This document shows positions 9,151 through 18,717 of a stretch of 64,000 bases of DNA, in pieces (the stretch's first letter is position 1; each line of letters begins with the position of its first letter). Origin of the DNA: Nitrospirota bacterium (GTDB taxonomy: Bacteria > Nitrospirota > Thermodesulfovibrionia > Thermodesulfovibrionales > JdFR-86); contig CAVRJY010000001.1 of assembly GCA_963721805.1 (NCBI GenBank), forward strand, positions 480,001-544,000, in the 5' to 3' direction. The translations under genes were made by a program, and so were the position numbers. Below the pieces are notes generated by a model. That model saw only the letters and a program-made list of their open reading frames with translations, was not told where the DNA came from and did no database searches.

Positions 9151-9352
9151 AAAGCGCACCAAATCGCTTGATACTGCGTTGGGCATCGAAGACTCGCCCT
9201 CTATGTACGCCCAAGTACACCATCGGGGTTCCTCGGGCACCTCTCCTGAAGAAAGGGCCAGTCGGCCCCTTGTCTGAAGCCGATTTGGGCGCGCTTTGCG
9301 GGGAGTAGCGAAGCCCCCGCGCCCCCAAGCCCCCAAGGTCAGTGGCATTGAT
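9151..9352 (-). repeat. Nested-hairpin repeat copy 5 (subtype C)
   Basis: Core 9151-9297 with the same ~25-bp internal insertion as copy 4; tail GGTCAGTGGCATTGA. Confidence 0.9.
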
Positions 9353-9357
9353 ATGAA

Positions 9358-9410
9358 AAGTGAGAGGGGCTTTTGCCCCGCGAATAGGAGCGAGGGGGCG
9401 CTGCCCCCTA
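9358..9410 (-). repeat. Partial hairpin-linker module
   Basis: Reverse complement reads GGGGGCAGCGCCCCC-TCGCTCCTATTCGC-GGGGCAAAAGCCCC-TCTCACT. Confidence 0.65.
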
Positions 9411-9848
9411 AAACGTATCCGGGTTCTCGGGCGGGAGTGCGGCCTCGTCAAATGGCATGATACCGAGCTCGGTCATAAGCGCATCTAGCGCGGCGATGCG
9501 GGCAGGGAGGGCGCTGGCGTCCACGCTCCCCGCGAGCGCGTCCTCGACAAGGCACTGAAACGCGTCATAGTCGAATCTCCCGCTGAGTATCCCGGTGCTG
9601 ACGAGGACATCGTATGCGGCCTGCTCGTAGTCGAACGGCTGGTTGGGGATCTCATTTGAGTGCAGGTCGAGCGCGTACTCTATCGCGGCCGAGAGCGCGT
9701 CGCCGAGCGTCACTATCCCGGCCTCGTGCTTGCCCTGCCGTAGGCGCCTCTTGCCGCCCCGGATATGGAGCCGCGCGCGCAGGAGCGGCCCTTCCACTGG
9801 GCCCATATCGCGTTCCTTCATCAGCCCGGCATGCGGCATCTCTCGCAC
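9408..9848 (-). CDS. Hypothetical protein (start uncertain)
   Basis: ORF downstream of the fabF-like gene with host-like codon usage. Confidence 0.65.
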   Translation of the reverse strand: MREMPHAGLMKERDMGPVEGPLLRARLHIRGGKRRLRQGKHEAGIVTLGDALSAAIEYALDLHSNEIPNQPFDYEQAAYDVLVSTGILSGRFDYDAFQCLVEDALAGSVDASALPARIAALDALMTELGIMPFDEAALPPENPDTF

Positions 9849-9859
9849 CTCATGCCCAA

Positions 9860-10981
9860 TTATATCGCAATGAGCGCCGAGGCGTTAGCCCCCCCGAACC
9901 CGAACGAGCAACAAAGTGCGATGCGGCCATCGACCGCTTGCGCAGCCGCGGAGCACGGTATCGAGGGGAACTCGCTATCCGCGAGCGTGGGGGTCGGCGG
10001 GAGCATTCCCGCGCGAAGCGCCATCACGGCCATCACGGCCTCGAACGCGCCGGACGCGCCGAGCATGTGGCCTGTCATCGACTTAAGCGCGCAGACCGGC
10101 GGGACGCGGCCCTTGAAGACCCCGGCGAGCGCGCTGGCCTCGGAGAGGTCGCCCAGGCGAGTCGCGGCCGCATGAGCGAATACCGCCGAGACATCCCCTG
10201 GAGCGATGCCTGCATCGCGCAGCGCGCGGCCCATCGCGAGGGCCTGGCCCGCGGCGCTCGGGGCGGTTTCGTGCGAGGCGTCCGAGGATGCGCCGAAGCC
10301 GATGACCTCCGCGCATATTTGCGCGCCGCGCCCGCGCGCTTTATCGTAGTCCTCCAGCACCATGACCGCCGCGCCGTCAGCGAGCGTAAACCCGTCGCGT
10401 CCCTTATCGAACGGCCTGACGATGCCGATTTTCGAGAGCACACCGGCCCGGCCATATCCCGCTATGGCGAGCCCGCATACCGGGGCCTCGGCCCCTCCGG
10501 CTATCGCGATCTCGCACCTGCCGCGCCGGATCGCCTCGTACGCCTCGCCTATGGCGTAGAGCCCCGAGGAGCATGCGTTGGAGACGCCGAGCGTCCGGCC
10601 GGTTATGCCGAACCTTATCGCGATGTACGATGCCGCCATCCCGACGGCCGATGCGGACATCGTGTACGCGCCTGGCCTTGTGGCGCATGCGGCCTCGAGC
10701 GTTGCGATGCCACCGCGCGCCGAGCCCACGATCACGTCCGCCTCACGCAGGGCATCGGAGGGGAGCCCGGAGCCGCCGATAGCCTGCGACGCGGCAGCGA
10801 GCGCATACTGCACGAACCTGTCGAGCCGCAGGGCTTCTTTGGGAGTGAGGCAACCGGATGCGTCGATTGAGAGCGCCTCGCGCCCGCCGCGTCCGCCGAT
10901 CATGGCGGCCTCCCACGAGGCGGCCGCTGTGGAACCCAGCGGGCTTACCGCGCCCATACCTGTGATCGCCACCCTGCGCAT
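9860..10981 (-). CDS. Beta-ketoacyl-ACP synthase (FabF-like)
   Basis: SNACSSG, AHAAAT, KSMTGHMLGASG, SFGFGG. Confidence 0.88.
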   Translation of the reverse strand: MRRVAITGMGAVSPLGSTAAASWEAAMIGGRGGREALSIDASGCLTPKEALRLDRFVQYALAAASQAIGGSGLPSDALREADVIVGSARGGIATLEAACATRPGAYTMSASAVGMAASYIAIRFGITGRTLGVSNACSSGLYAIGEAYEAIRRGRCEIAIAGGAEAPVCGLAIAGYGRAGVLSKIGIVRPFDKGRDGFTLADGAAVMVLEDYDKARGRGAQICAEVIGFGASSDASHETAPSAAGQALAMGRALRDAGIAPGDVSAVFAHAAATRLGDLSEASALAGVFKGRVPPVCALKSMTGHMLGASGAFEAVMAVMALRAGMLPPTPTLADSEFPSIPCSAAAQAVDGRIALCCSFGFGGANASALIAI

Positions 10982-11027
10982 TGTAAACTATTTTAGCACA
11001 GAGGGTTTACTGGATAAGAGGGGCACG

Positions 11028-11834
11028 TCAGCCCCTTAGCCTGCCGATGACGAGCGAGACCGCGAAGATCCCGAACGCGGTGCCTATGACCGCCGGGCCC
11101 GAGGGGATGTTGAGGTAGTATGAGGAGAGGATGCCCGCGCCGAACGAGGTTATGCCCACTACCGGCGCGATCACCGTAAACTGCCTGAAACTGCGGCTCA
11201 GGAGCTTGGCCGACGCGGCAGGTATCACGACCATCGCGTTTGCGAGTATCACGCCGATGAGCTTGATGCTCAGCGCGATGGCAAGCGCGATGAACCCGAT
11301 CAGGACGTAGTCGTATGCGCGCACCGGGACGCCCTCGGCCTGCGCGATCTCCGGCAGGAACGAGGCCTTCAAGAGCCGCCGCATGTTCATGGCGAGGAAT
11401 ACCGCGAACGCCGCAAGCAGCCCGGCCGAAAGCAGGATGTCGCGCGTGCCGATCAGGAGTATGTCGCCGAAGAGAAACTGCATGAGCGTGGCCTGCCCGA
11501 TCCCCTTGACCGAGATGATGATGATGCCGGCGGCCACCGCCCCGCCGTAAAATACCCCGAGCACGGTGTCTCGCGAGAGGCTGAAGGAGTTCCATACGGC
11601 CGCCACGGTGAAGGCCATCACGAGGCTGTAGGGGATCAGAAATAAAGCGGGGTCGGCGTTCAGCATCAGCGCGAGCGCCGCGCCCAGGATCGCGGAGTGG
11701 GCGATGAAGTCCGAAAAAAACGACATCCCGCGCGTGACCACGAATATGCCCATGAGCGAAAACAACGCCCCGAGGATGACGCCAGCAAGGAGCGCCGAGC
11801 GCATGAAGCCGTAGTCCAGCGCCTCAATGCCCAC
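11028..11834 (-). CDS. znuB: Zn/Mn ABC transporter permease
   Basis: SDFIAHSAILG, FLFGDIL, PSGPAVI; GTG start inferred. Confidence 0.85.
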   Translation of the reverse strand: MGIEALDYGFMRSALLAGVILGALFSLMGIFVVTRGMSFFSDFIAHSAILGAALALMLNADPALFLIPYSLVMAFTVAAVWNSFSLSRDTVLGVFYGGAVAAGIIIISVKGIGQATLMQFLFGDILLIGTRDILLSAGLLAAFAVFLAMNMRRLLKASFLPEIAQAEGVPVRAYDYVLIGFIALAIALSIKLIGVILANAMVVIPAASAKLLSRSFRQFTVIAPVVGITSFGAGILSSYYLNIPSGPAVIGTAFGIFAVSLVIGRLRG

Positions 11835-12585
11835 AGTTGCAGCCCCCATCCGTCTGCGAGCAGCCTGCGACATGCAGGATGCACTTGCCGCCTACGTGGT
11901 GCGTGCTCCCGGAGAGCCCGGCCACGCTTGCGTCGAGCTCCGGCGCACCGGCAGGCATGAAGAACCAGTGGCCCTCGCCCCCGAGCCCGAGCACGTGGGT
12001 CGAGACCGGCCGCAGGGAGTGGAAGTCGTGCGATACGACAACGATGGCGATGCCTTTCTTGCGGAACTCCTCGATGATGCAGATGATGCAGTCCGCGCCG
12101 CGCGTGTCGACCCAGCTCGTCGGCTCGTCCATCACGAGCAGGCCGGGCTCCTTCGTGACCGCGTACGCGAGCAGCGCGCGCTGCATCTGCCCGCCCGAGA
12201 GCTCTCCCACGCGGCGGCCAAGCAGCGGGCGCAGCTCCAGCAGGTCGAGGTATTTCCCCATGTCAGCGTCCGGCGCGCTCAGGGCGAGCATCTCCCTGAG
12301 CGTGATCGGGAAGCTGCGGTCGAACTCAAGGCGCTGCGGGATGTATGCGACCCTGCGCTCGGCCTCGCTGGGCGCGAGCCTTTTGTGGCCGAAGTACTCG
12401 AAGCTCCCTGCCTTGAGCGGCAGCATCCGGAGCATGGCCTTAAGCAGCGTGGTCTTGCCCGAGCCGTTGGGGCCGATCACGGCCATGACCTCGCCCGGGC
12501 CGAGCGCGAACGTGACGCCGTTTAGCACCGCGCGCTCGCCATATCCGGCGGTGACCCCGTCAGCCCTTAGGACGTCCGGGCTCAT
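11824..12585 (-). CDS. znuC: Zn/Mn ABC transporter ATP-binding protein
   Basis: GPNGSGKTT, LSGGQMQR, MDEP; ATGA overlap with the upstream gene. Confidence 0.88.
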   Translation of the reverse strand: MSPDVLRADGVTAGYGERAVLNGVTFALGPGEVMAVIGPNGSGKTTLLKAMLRMLPLKAGSFEYFGHKRLAPSEAERRVAYIPQRLEFDRSFPITLREMLALSAPDADMGKYLDLLELRPLLGRRVGELSGGQMQRALLAYAVTKEPGLLVMDEPTSWVDTRGADCIICIIEEFRKKGIAIVVVSHDFHSLRPVSTHVLGLGGEGHWFFMPAGAPELDASVAGLSGSTHHVGGKCILHVAGCSQTDGGCNCGH

Positions 12586-13424
12586 CTGGCGCACTCAAGG
12601 ATGGTCTTCAGGTTTCTGTGCATGGCCTCCTCATAATAACCGGGTTCATCCCTGCCCAGCTCAAGCGACGAGATGCCGCACATGCGCACCCCGACGTCGC
12701 GGCTGAGCTTCTCCATCTCGGCCGGAGGGAACCCCTCTTCCATGAAAACCGCGGCTACGGCCTTCCTCCTCGCCATGTCATGGAGCCTGGCCATGCTGGC
12801 CGGCAGCGGCGCATCGCCGGTCGGGCCGCTCAGGGAGAATGCATCGAGCCCGTAGCGCTCGGCGAAATATGCCATAAATGCATGGTACGTCACTATGTTG
12901 CGGTTGGCAAGGGGCCGGAGGCCCTTTTCTATCTCGGCATCGAGCGCGGTGAGGCTTCTGATATAACCCTCGGCGTTGCGCCTGTATGCGTCCGCGTTTA
13001 CCGGGTCGGCCTTCGCCATCGCGGCCTCTATGTTGCGCACCTGCTGCATCGCACGGCGGGGGTCCATCCAGACGTGAGGGTTCGTGGCGCTGCCCGTGCC
13101 GATGAGCCTGACCCCGGCCGAGGTGTCCACGATGCGCTCCCTGCGGCCGAAGGGCCTCATCATCACGTCCTCGAGCCCGGCGCCGTTTAGGAGTATGAGC
13201 CCGGCCTGATCGAGCCGCTTGATGTCCTGCGGCCTGAGGCTGAACTCATGGACGTCCTCGCCGGGCGGCACGAGCAGGCTGACCTTCATCAGCCCGCCCG
13301 AGACGTTCTCGGCGAATATCGCTATCGGCAGGAACGAGGCCACCGCGGAGAGCTGCCCGGCCATCGCGTTTCCGGCCGTCATGAACGCCATAAGCGCGGT
13401 CAGCGCAAGTATCTTCGCCTTCAT
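12582..13424 (-). CDS. znuA: Zn/Mn ABC transporter substrate-binding protein
   Basis: DVHEF, NGAGLE, NPHVWMDP, YHAF. Confidence 0.88.
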   Translation of the reverse strand: MKAKILALTALMAFMTAGNAMAGQLSAVASFLPIAIFAENVSGGLMKVSLLVPPGEDVHEFSLRPQDIKRLDQAGLILLNGAGLEDVMMRPFGRRERIVDTSAGVRLIGTGSATNPHVWMDPRRAMQQVRNIEAAMAKADPVNADAYRRNAEGYIRSLTALDAEIEKGLRPLANRNIVTYHAFMAYFAERYGLDAFSLSGPTGDAPLPASMARLHDMARRKAVAAVFMEEGFPPAEMEKLSRDVGVRMCGISSLELGRDEPGYYEEAMHRNLKTILECAR

Positions 13425-13430
13425 CTCCGG

Positions 13431-14258
13431 TCAGAACCCGACCGAAACGGTCACGCCGCCCCAGAGCACGTGGCTGTCGCCGCCGTCGCCCACTGCCATG
13501 CGCGCGTCGCTGATCGCGTAACTCGCGTCCTTGCTCAGCGGGAAGTCGTACATTATCGAGGGCACTATCGTTATGGCCTTCGTCGCCGGTATGCTCACGT
13601 TGGCGCCGAGCTCGCCGTAGTACGGCCCGTTAAACCGCTTGCCGTCCTGGTTGACCCCCATGGTCGCGTTTTTGAAGTTAAACCCGGCCGAGGCGCAGCC
13701 GCCCACGGTAATGCCGCGCCAGAGCTCAGGGCTCTGCTGGCTCAAGCCGAGTATCATAAACCCGCCGCCCTTGCCGAGCCTGAGGTCCTGATAGTACGTG
13801 AGCGTCGGGGTGAGTATCGTGTCGTATGAGGCCGAGACGAAGGCCTCCTCGGTGTTGGCGTCCTTGAATCCCAGGTAGCTGTAGCCCGCGCTCATCGTGA
13901 GGGCCTTGAGCGTATAGGTGTATTTAAGCGTCAGGTCGGTCTCGGTGACCTCGCTCAGATGGCGGCCGGTGTCGTAATTCGCCCAGACGTTCATGTTAAA
14001 ACCATGGTAGTCGAAGTCTATCGAGGGCTGGACCACGCCACTGCGGCTTAAGACCTCTCCGCGCGAGACGTACCGGCTCATGTAGCTTACGGACGCGTCA
14101 GCCGAGGTGGTCGTCTCCTCCGGCGCGGCGACCGCCTCCTTGCCGCCCTCGCCCGGGTCTGCCGGCGCTTTGCTGCTTACATCGTCCGCCATCGCGGCCC
14201 CGGCAGCCATAAGCAGCATGACCGCCGCGAGCAACATGCTTAACGCCTTCCTTGTCAA
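13431..14258 (-). CDS. Outer-membrane beta-barrel protein (putative porin)
   Basis: Signal peptide, SRYVSRG..VQP motif, amphipathic strands, terminal Phe. Confidence 0.75.
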   Translation of the reverse strand: MTRKALSMLLAAVMLLMAAGAAMADDVSSKAPADPGEGGKEAVAAPEETTTSADASVSYMSRYVSRGEVLSRSGVVQPSIDFDYHGFNMNVWANYDTGRHLSEVTETDLTLKYTYTLKALTMSAGYSYLGFKDANTEEAFVSASYDTILTPTLTYYQDLRLGKGGGFMILGLSQQSPELWRGITVGGCASAGFNFKNATMGVNQDGKRFNGPYYGELGANVSIPATKAITIVPSIMYDFPLSKDASYAISDARMAVGDGGDSHVLWGGVTVSVGF

Positions 14259-14277
14259 TTCATTCCCCTCCCGATCC

Positions 14278-14715
14278 CTATCGCCTGCATTGCGAGCAGA
14301 GCCCCTCTATGTGCAGGGAGTGGCTCTTGACCTCGCCCTTCAGGTGCTTCTCGATGAACCTCTCGACCTCCGCGAAGTTGCAGTACTCGACCTCCTCGAC
14401 CTTCCGGCAGCGCTGGCAGACGAAGTGGTGATGGTGGTGCTCCTCAGGCATGCGGCAGAGCATGTAGGTGAGTTCGCGCGAGGGCACCGGCATCAGCGCG
14501 CCTAGCTCCTTAAGCTCTTCAAGTATGCGGTATACCGTAGGCAGCCCGAGCGTGGGGATCTCCTTGATCAGGCCCTCGCGCACCTCGTGCGGCCCCATGC
14601 ACCGGTTCTCCCTGAGGAAGAGCCCGAGCACGGCCTTGCGCTTCGGCGTGACCTTGAGCCCGCCCTGCCTGAGCATCGCCTCATACCGTTCGGTGCAAAT
14701 AGAATTCATTTCCAT
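14278..14715 (-). CDS. zur: Fur-family regulator, probably Zur
   Basis: TVYRIL, HHHHFVCQRC, GLCSQC; heads the znu operon. Confidence 0.85.
   Translation of the reverse strand: MEMNSICTERYEAMLRQGGLKVTPKRKAVLGLFLRENRCMGPHEVREGLIKEIPTLGLPTVYRILEELKELGALMPVPSRELTYMLCRMPEEHHHHHFVCQRCRKVEEVEYCNFAEVERFIEKHLKGEVKSHSLHIEGLCSQCRR
14694..14714. promoter_or_regulatory. Candidate Fur/Zur operator
   Basis: 21-bp imperfect palindrome TGCAAAT-AGAATTC-ATTTCCA at the start of the zur-znu operon. Confidence 0.5.
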
Positions 14716-14793
14716 CTAAATTATCACGCATCATGTGCTAAGTCAAGCTTTATATGACCGGGATCAGGGAATTTCTCTAAAGGAGGCGCTACA

Positions 14794-15044
14794 ATTAATC
14801 CAGGAGGACGGCCTTCATAGCGCTCATAGTATGCATAGCTCTCTGCGGCGGCGTTGCATCGGCCGGGGGGTTCGTCTGCACCGAGTGCCACAGCAAGGAC
14901 CCGAAGATGAGGGCCATGCACGAGGCGCTTGGGTTCAAGGGCTGCGAGGCGTGCCACGCCTCGCGCACGGACGTTAAGTTCACGGACGAGGCCAAGCGCA
15001 ACCGCTCAAAGGACCCCCGCTGTGTGCGCTGCCACCAGAAATAA
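14794..15044 (+). CDS. Small periplasmic triheme cytochrome c; start codon not resolvable; absent from the ORF track
   Basis: Frame from 14802: RRTAFIALIVCIALCGGVASAGGFVCTECH...CEACH...CVRCHQK-stop; SD AAGGAGG at 14780-14786. Confidence 0.8.
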
Positions 15045-15045
15045 A

Positions 15046-15314
15046 GCCGTTGACCTTGCGGGGGGCCGACTGGCCCATCTCACTATTCGCGGGGTCATGG
15101 ACCCCTCTCACTATTCGCGCCATAGCGCTCATCTCTTATTAAAGCCTTTGACCTTGTGGGGTGCGGGGGGCTTTTTTATTCTCTCCCCCCGAAAGCGCGC
15201 CCAAATCGTCTTCAGACAAGGAACAACGAGCGGACCGCCCGGAGGCGTATATAGACATACGTCGAGGACGAGGCCGCGAGTTGTGACGCAGTATCAAGCG
15301 ATTTGGGGCGCTTT
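15046..15314 (+). repeat. GCCGTTGACC tail + hairpin-linker module (15059-15136) + second tail + nested-hairpin repeat copy 6 (core 15192-15314)
   Basis: Outer stems conserved; inner stems replaced by compensatory GCGGACCGCCC/GGACGAGGCCGC and GCGTAT/ATACGT. Confidence 0.88.
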
Positions 15315-15325
15315 CAAAAAACCAT

Positions 15326-17119
15326 CTACCCCTCACCCAGTGCCTCTTTAACCGCGCGCGCGGCGGCGAGGTTCATCCCCGGCGTGGCCGCGATCTCCTC
15401 CTCGGTGGCCTCGCGCATCTCGTCATAGCTCGCGAAGCGTTTTAAGAGTTCGACCCTCCGCTTTGAGCCTATGCCCTTGATGCCCTCAAGCGGAGAGCGC
15501 ACCTGCCGCTTGGCGCGCAGGCTCCGGTGAAACGTGATCGCGGAGCGGTGGACCTCGTCGCGGATGCGGCGCAGGAGCAGCGACGAAGGGCTCGGGTCCG
15601 TGATCCCGACCTGCTCTCCGCCGCAGGGCAGGTATATGCGGTCCGGGTCCTTGGCGAGCGAGACGACGTGCGGCGGATGCTCCAGCTTGAGTCCCTCGAC
15701 CGCCTCTAAGGCGGCCATCAGGTGGCCGGCCCCGCCGTCGATCACGACTACCTCTGGGAGTTCGATGTCCTTAAGCACGCGGCGGATCGCCTCCTGCATC
15801 ATCGCGTAGTCGTCGACGCCCTCGACCTCCCTGATCTTGACGAGCCGGTAGCCGTCCTTTTTAAACCGCCCGTCCTCCCAGAGTATGAACGCCCCGACCG
15901 GCTCCGAGCCCGAGAGGTTCGAGATGTCAAACGCGCCGATGCTGCGCGGCGCGTGGTCAAGGCCGAGCTTCCGTCCGACCTCATTAAGCATCTCGTCCGA
16001 GCACTCCATCCGGCGGCGCGAGAGCTCGACCCGCGCGTTTTCCTCGGCCATGTGCAGCAGGTCGTGCTTCTTGCCGCGCTTGGGTGTCATGAGGTGGACG
16101 CGGCCTCCACGAAGCCCTCCGAGCCATTGCTCGAGCTCTTCGGCGGCCTCCGGCTCCGCGGTAGCGTACACGGCGGGCGGCGGGACTAAAACACCGGAAT
16201 ACAGCGATTCTAGCACCCCGTGCATCAGCTCGGCCTCATCGACCCCGCCCATGCCCTTAAGATAGAAGTTCTTGGCCCCGATCATTATGCCCTCGCGGAT
16301 GAAGAAGACCGAGCAGGCCGCGTCGCCGCCATCGCGGGTTAACCCTAAAACGTCCGCGTCGCCTAGCTCCGGGGCCACGACCTTCTGGGACTCGAACGCC
16401 GCGCGCAGCGCGCGGATGCTGTCTCTGACCTCGGCCGCGTCCTCGTACCGCTGTTCCTCCGAGAGCGCGAGCATCCGCGCCTCGAGCTCGTCCATGAGCT
16501 CGGTCTTCTTGCCGCGCAGGAACAGGATCGTGTCCTCTACCGAGCGCATGTAAATGTCGCGGTCGATCAGTCCGGCGCAGGGCGCGGGGCAGCGGCCCAT
16601 CTGGTGCTGGATGCAGGGGCGCATCGGTCTCTCCAGCCTGTAACGGCATGGCCGGATGCCGAACGTCCGGCGGATGAACCGCAGGGCCTCGTACATCGCC
16701 GAGGCCGGGACGTAAGGGCCGAAGTATACAGCGCCGTCGCGCTTTATGCGGCGGACGACGTCGAGCTTGGGCCAGGCCTCCTTTGGATCGATCCGCAGGT
16801 ACGGGTAGTTCTTGTCGTCACGGAGTATGACGTTATATTTCGGGCGGTACTGCTTGATGAGGTTGGCCTCGAGCGCCAGGGCTTCAAGCTCGTTGTCAGT
16901 GACGATGAAGCTCATGTCGCGTATGGTGCGCACCATCGTTTGCTTGCGCGCGTCGAGACCGGACGATGCGCGGAAGTATGAGCCCACTCTGGCGCGGAGG
17001 TCCTTGGCCTTGCCGACGTAGATCACGTGCTCGCCGGAGGCTTTGAAGAGATACACGCCCGGCCTGTGCGGGAGCTCGGCCAGGGGGCGGGGAGGGGTTA
17101 TCTCGGTTATCTCATCCAT
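15326..17119 (-). CDS. uvrC: Excinuclease ABC subunit C
   Basis: PGVYLF, IYVGKAKDLR, AFDIS, IDGG, RDEVHR, HhH; start at MDEI. Confidence 0.96.
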   Translation of the reverse strand: MDEITEITPPRPLAELPHRPGVYLFKASGEHVIYVGKAKDLRARVGSYFRASSGLDARKQTMVRTIRDMSFIVTDNELEALALEANLIKQYRPKYNVILRDDKNYPYLRIDPKEAWPKLDVVRRIKRDGAVYFGPYVPASAMYEALRFIRRTFGIRPCRYRLERPMRPCIQHQMGRCPAPCAGLIDRDIYMRSVEDTILFLRGKKTELMDELEARMLALSEEQRYEDAAEVRDSIRALRAAFESQKVVAPELGDADVLGLTRDGGDAACSVFFIREGIMIGAKNFYLKGMGGVDEAELMHGVLESLYSGVLVPPPAVYATAEPEAAEELEQWLGGLRGGRVHLMTPKRGKKHDLLHMAEENARVELSRRRMECSDEMLNEVGRKLGLDHAPRSIGAFDISNLSGSEPVGAFILWEDGRFKKDGYRLVKIREVEGVDDYAMMQEAIRRVLKDIELPEVVVIDGGAGHLMAALEAVEGLKLEHPPHVVSLAKDPDRIYLPCGGEQVGITDPSPSSLLLRRIRDEVHRSAITFHRSLRAKRQVRSPLEGIKGIGSKRRVELLKRFASYDEMREATEEEIAATPGMNLAAARAVKEALGEG

Positions 17120-17128
17120 GGCTTTTAG

Positions 17129-17298
17129 AAAGCGCTCCAAATCGCTTGATACTGCGTTGGGCATCAAAGACTCGCCCTCTATGTACGTCACAGTACACCA
17201 TCGGGCGGTCTTCTCGCCCTGCCTTGTCTGAAGACGATTTGGGCGCGCTTTCGGGGGGCACTGCAAAGAACGCCCCCCGCACCCCGAAGGTCAACTGC
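17129..17298 (-). repeat. Nested-hairpin repeat copy 7
   Basis: Core 17129-17251 near-identical to copies 1, 8, 9 and 11. Confidence 0.95.
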
Positions 17299-17407
17299 TC
17301 AGTTGGATGAATTATTGAGCGTGTTAGCCTCATTCCGTATTGAATCATATGGCGGGGCCGAAAGTCGATAAAGCGGAGCTGATGATCTGACAATAAATTA
17401 CGGGTGC

Positions 17408-18667
17408 TTACGCGGATTCCTTTTCTCTGGAAACCACAGCCCCTAGGGCTTGAAGTTTAAGTTCCATGGATTCGTATCCCCGGTCGAGGTGGTATATGCG
17501 GTGGACATTGCTGCGCCCCTTGGCCGCGAGGGCTGCGACTACTAATGATGCGCTTGCGCGGAGGTCCGTGGCCATAACGTCCGCGCCGGTGAGTTCGGCC
17601 ACGCCGCGCACGGTCGCGATATGCCCGTTGAGGCTGATGTCCGCGCCCATGCGCTGAAGCTCTGCCACGTGCATAAAACGGTTCTCGAATATGTTTTCGC
17701 TTATCACGCTCGTGCCGTCCGCGATGCACATGAGCGCCATGAACTGGGCCTGCATGTCGGTCGGGAACCCGGGGTAGGGCCGGGTCGAGATGTCGCACGC
17801 GGTCAGGCAATCCGGCCCCTTCACGCGGAGTCCGGTGGCCGTGGGCTTGAGCTTCACCCCGGCCTCCATGAACTTCAGCATCACCGCGTCATCGGGCGCG
17901 TCCTCGATCCCACGGAGCGTTACCTCGCCGCCGGTTATCGCGGCCGCTGCCATGAACGTGCCCGCCTCGATGCGGTCCGGGATCACGGTGTGGTCAAAGG
18001 GCTTAAGCTCATCGACGCCGCTGATCTCTATGACGCTCGTGCCCGCGCCGGTGATCTTCGCGCCCATCGAGCGAAGCAGCGCGGCTGTGTATATGACCTC
18101 CGGCTCCATGGCCGAGTTCTCCAGCACGGTGGTGCCTTTGGCGAGCGCTGCGGCCATCATCAGATTCTCGGTGCCGGTGACGGTCGGTACGTCGAAGTAT
18201 ATCCTTGCCCCGTGGAGGCGCTTGGCCTTTGCAGAGACATACCCGCCCTCGAGCGTGATCTTCGCGCCCATCTTTTCCAGTCCCATCAGGTGCAGGTTAA
18301 TCGGCCTCGCGCCTATCGCGCAGCCGCCGGGTAGCGATACCCGTGCTCGTCCGTATCTCGCGACCAGCGGGCCCAATACGAGCACGGACGCGCGCATCGT
18401 CTTTACGAGTTCATACGGGGCCTCGAAGTTGCCGACCGCGCCGGTATCTATCTCTGCCACGCCGTCTTCGTGCGTAAACCCGCAGCCCATGTTGCCCAGA
18501 AGCCTGCCCATAGTGCTAATATCCATCAGCCGCGGGACGCGCTTAAGGCGGCTTTTGCCGCGGGCGAGCAGGGCGGCCGTAAGCGCCGGGAGCGCGGCGT
18601 TCTTCGAGCCGCCGATCTCGACCGAGCCCTTTAATTTAACCCCGCCCTCGATAACAAACTTATCCAT
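17408..18667 (-). CDS. murA: UDP-N-acetylglucosamine 1-carboxyvinyltransferase
   Basis: [33 protein letters not shown]. Confidence 0.97.
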   Translation of the reverse strand: MDKFVIEGGVKLKGSVEIGGSKNAALPALTAALLARGKSRLKRVPRLMDISTMGRLLGNMGCGFTHEDGVAEIDTGAVGNFEAPYELVKTMRASVLVLGPLVARYGRARVSLPGGCAIGARPINLHLMGLEKMGAKITLEGGYVSAKAKRLHGARIYFDVPTVTGTENLMMAAALAKGTTVLENSAMEPEVIYTAALLRSMGAKITGAGTSVIEISGVDELKPFDHTVIPDRIEAGTFMAAAAITGGEVTLRGIEDAPDDAVMLKFMEAGVKLKPTATGLRVKGPDCLTACDISTRPYPGFPTDMQAQFMALMCIADGTSVISENIFENRFMHVAELQRMGADISLNGHIATVRGVAELTGADVMATDLRASASLVVAALAAKGRSNVHRIYHLDRGYESMELKLQALGAVVSREKESA

Positions 18668-18717
18668 CGTCAGAAATCATATCATTTGCGCATAAACGCG
18701 GGCAAACGGTGAGTGTT

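Noticed and set aside
17120..17266. 49-aa N-terminal extension of UvrC in the ORF track
   Set aside because: It is translation of repeat copy 7; the same peptide appears in other repeat-spanning ORFs (e.g. 32982..33329).
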